Positions 62,002-64,000 of a DNA stretch of 64,000 bases are shown here, one piece after another; position 1 is the stretch's first letter, and each line of letters begins with the position of its first letter. The position numbers and the translations under genes were made by a program. Location of the stretch: positions 32,402 to 96,401 of the forward strand of contig JBJEGD010000022.1 in assembly GCA_051874735.1 (NCBI GenBank). Reading direction: 5' to 3'. Origin of the DNA: Candidatus Bruticola sp. Its GTDB lineage: Bacteria; Vulcanimicrobiota; Xenobia; Xenobiales; Xenobiaceae. A model generated the notes under the pieces. The model was not told the origin of the DNA. It saw only the letters and a list, made by a program, of their open reading frames with translations, and ran no database searches.

Positions 62002-63894
62002 CTAACGTTTGGTACTTCTGCGCCTACCTTTGCCTCCCCTATTGAAAGTTTCTTTTTTAAATCTGGACGAAGGATGCTTCTCATGGATGCCGCGTCGCTC
62101 AGATAATTTACTAATACTACTTCGCCGAGCTTCCTGATCTTGACGTTCCTTTTTCTTTGACCGCCGTACCTCACTACAGCGGCTGTGGCCTTTGCTACTA
62201 ACAGATTTTTTATGTTTTCCAAATTTTAATTCCTGAGGCGGCAGCAGAGCCTTTAATTTTTCTGGAGTAATCAGGCGAGCCCGTATACGCACGACTCCGA
62301 AATCAAAATTATTAAGTGCTTCTAAAACAGATGCAGCTTCAGAACTGGGTAATTCGATAAATGAAGTATGAGACCTTAACTCAATATCACCAACCTCTGC
62401 TTTAGATACAGCAGCAGCCTCCCCTAGCATGCGCAGCACAGCCGGTACGCTTATGCCATCGCTGCGTCCTAAATTTATTTGTATAAAGCTCATACCATCA
62501 GCAGCAGCGACGCTGGCTTTTTTAGCGGCTCTCTCAACTAAACTATTCTTTTCAGCTCGATTTGTTTTACTTCCTCGATCTAGCTCTTGCACTGACACGT
62601 TGTAACCAGCTTTAAAAATAGCTCTAGCTCTAGGCAGCATACTCAAAACGGCTGCTAAACTGTCAGCTGGGCTCAAGTAGCATAACAATTCTGCAGCCAG
62701 CAAACGGTAATTTTCATCCACCTCAGAACTGAGTTTTTCTGCAATTTCTTTGTGAAAATCACTTTTTATGCGGCGGCGCACTTCCTCAGCTTGGGGCAGC
62801 TTACCTAACTCTAAGTCAATATTGGCTTTGCCTGTCAAGCGCTTAAAGCGGTTGAATTCATGTCTGGCGGCAAAAGTAATAGCCGTTCCCCTTTTGCCTG
62901 CTCGGCCTGTGCGTCCAACGCGATGGATATATGTCTCGGTATTCTGAGGCGGAGCCATATTAATGACATGAGTTACTCCCTCTACATCGAGTCCTCGAGC
63001 AGCCACATCAGTAGCCACTAAATATTTAGCGGCGCCGCTGCGGAAACTGCTTAAAGTGCGCGTACGTTCAGCTTGAGCCATGTCGCCGTGCAACGATAGA
63101 ACATTTAATCCCGACTTGATCAAAGTCTGCGTCAGTTCGTCAGTTTCAATCTTAGTATGACAGAAAATAATAGCCAACTGAGGAGATTCCGCATGTAAAA
63201 TATTACTTAAAGCCTTGGGACGATGTTCCTTAGCTACCAAATATACTTCATGTCTAATATCGTGAGCAGCCGTCAAGCCAATACTGATAGAGATACGACG
63301 ACAGCCTTCATGTAGCGTTTTTTTAGCTAATTCTTCCATTTCACTGGGCATAGTTGCTGAAAAAAGCAAAGTCTGACGCTGAGAAGGTAAAGCAGCCAAA
63401 ATTTTATCCAGTTCCTCAGCAAAACCCATGTCCAGAATTTCATCAGCTTCATCGAGGACTAAAGCACGACAATCAGACAAGTTTAAAGAACCGCGTTCCA
63501 AGTGATCGATTAAACGCCCAGGAGTACCAACAATCACAGGGGCCCCCTGTTTAAGAGCTCGCATCTGTTCATGGTAGCTTCCCCCACCGTACAGTAAAGC
63601 GGCCTTACTGCCTAAGGAAGTAATCACCCTAGCTACCTGCATAGCCAACTCGCGCGTAGGCAGCACAACGAGTATGGAGGAAGGACGCGCATTCTTCGGA
63701 TCGTTGAGCAAAGGGAGAGCAAAAGCTAAAGTTTTTCCAGTACCTGTGCAGGATTGCACTAGAAGATCGGCTCCTGACAAAATATCATCCCAACAGGCCT
63801 GTTGCACTTCTGTCGGATTAACAAAACCAGATTGCTGCAAACTTTCCTGCAAAGTACTGTTAAGCGACCACTTAGTGAAGGGAGTTAATTCCAT
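62002..63894 (-). CDS. DEAD-box RNA helicase with a DbpA-type RNA-binding domain (CsdA/CshA-like)
   Basis: Q motif, TGTGKT, PTRELA, TPGR, DEAD, SAT, ARGLD, HRVGRTGR; basic tail. Start set at ATG 63894. Confidence 0.95.
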   Translation of the reverse strand: MELTPFTKWSLNSTLQESLQQSGFVNPTEVQQACWDDILSGADLLVQSCTGTGKTLAFALPLLNDPKNARPSSILVVLPTRELAMQVARVITSLGSKAALLYGGGSYHEQMRALKQGAPVIVGTPGRLIDHLERGSLNLSDCRALVLDEADEILDMGFAEELDKILAALPSQRQTLLFSATMPSEMEELAKKTLHEGCRRISISIGLTAAHDIRHEVYLVAKEHRPKALSNILHAESPQLAIIFCHTKIETDELTQTLIKSGLNVLSLHGDMAQAERTRTLSSFRSGAAKYLVATDVAARGLDVEGVTHVINMAPPQNTETYIHRVGRTGRAGKRGTAITFAARHEFNRFKRLTGKANIDLELGKLPQAEEVRRRIKSDFHKEIAEKLSSEVDENYRLLAAELLCYLSPADSLAAVLSMLPRARAIFKAGYNVSVQELDRGSKTNRAEKNSLVERAAKKASVAAADGMSFIQINLGRSDGISVPAVLRMLGEAAAVSKAEVGDIELRSHTSFIELPSSEAASVLEALNNFDFGVVRIRARLITPEKLKALLPPQELKFGKHKKSVSSKGHSRCSEVRRSKKKERQDQEARRSSISKLSERRGIHEKHPSSRFKKETFNRGGKGRRRSTKR

Positions 63895-64000
63895 GTTATA
63901 CCTTTCAAAATGATTTATATAAAAGAATAAGCGCCTCGAGAACGGCTTAAGTTTTCTTCCCAAGACGCTTTTGCTGTAAAATAGATGCGCAATTTAAATT

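Noticed and set aside
83-63913. The remaining short ORFs in the six-frame track that overlap assigned genes (e.g. 6362-6580 across the tRNA, 56675-57085, 61998-62222)
   Set aside because: Antisense or alternate-frame shadows with no motifs or ribosome-binding sites.

Overview
Bacterial chromosomal window, roughly 42-43% GC by eye, with no integrase, transposase, phage gene or CRISPR array. Housekeeping content: glmU-prs-rplY-pth, tRNA-Leu(GAG), a pruned dcw cluster (rsmH-ftsL-ftsI-murE-murF-mraY-murD-ftsW-murG-murC-ftsQ, with no mraZ, murB, ddl, ftsA or ftsZ), tsaC/sua5, a TGS-uridine-kinase-family protein and a DEAD-box helicase. The gene mix (copper-amine-oxidase N-terminal/stalk-domain protein, Hanks kinase, DAP-type MurE, HpnD-like synthase) suggests a Terrabacteria lineage such as Vulcanimicrobiota/Eremiobacterota; this is inference only. 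The best candidate for an undescribed system is a six-gene operon at 37446-46696: an FAD oxidoreductase, a DegT aminotransferase with a hydrophobic insert and a proline-repeat tail, two Twitch/SPASM radical SAM enzymes and two B12-binding radical SAM enzymes. It has no glycosyltransferase or precursor peptide, is flanked by structured RNA candidates, and may tailor a membrane lipid or lipid-linked sugar. Other notable items: a possible secreted-effector locus (55286-60048), a pseudo-histidine kinase coupled to a Hanks kinase, a CYTH-GT2 fusion, a 1160-aa GlmS, a degenerate PilZ protein, an orphan ORF in the mraZ slot, and a switch-like rplY leader. All calls come from motif recognition by eye; no searches or folding programs were run.
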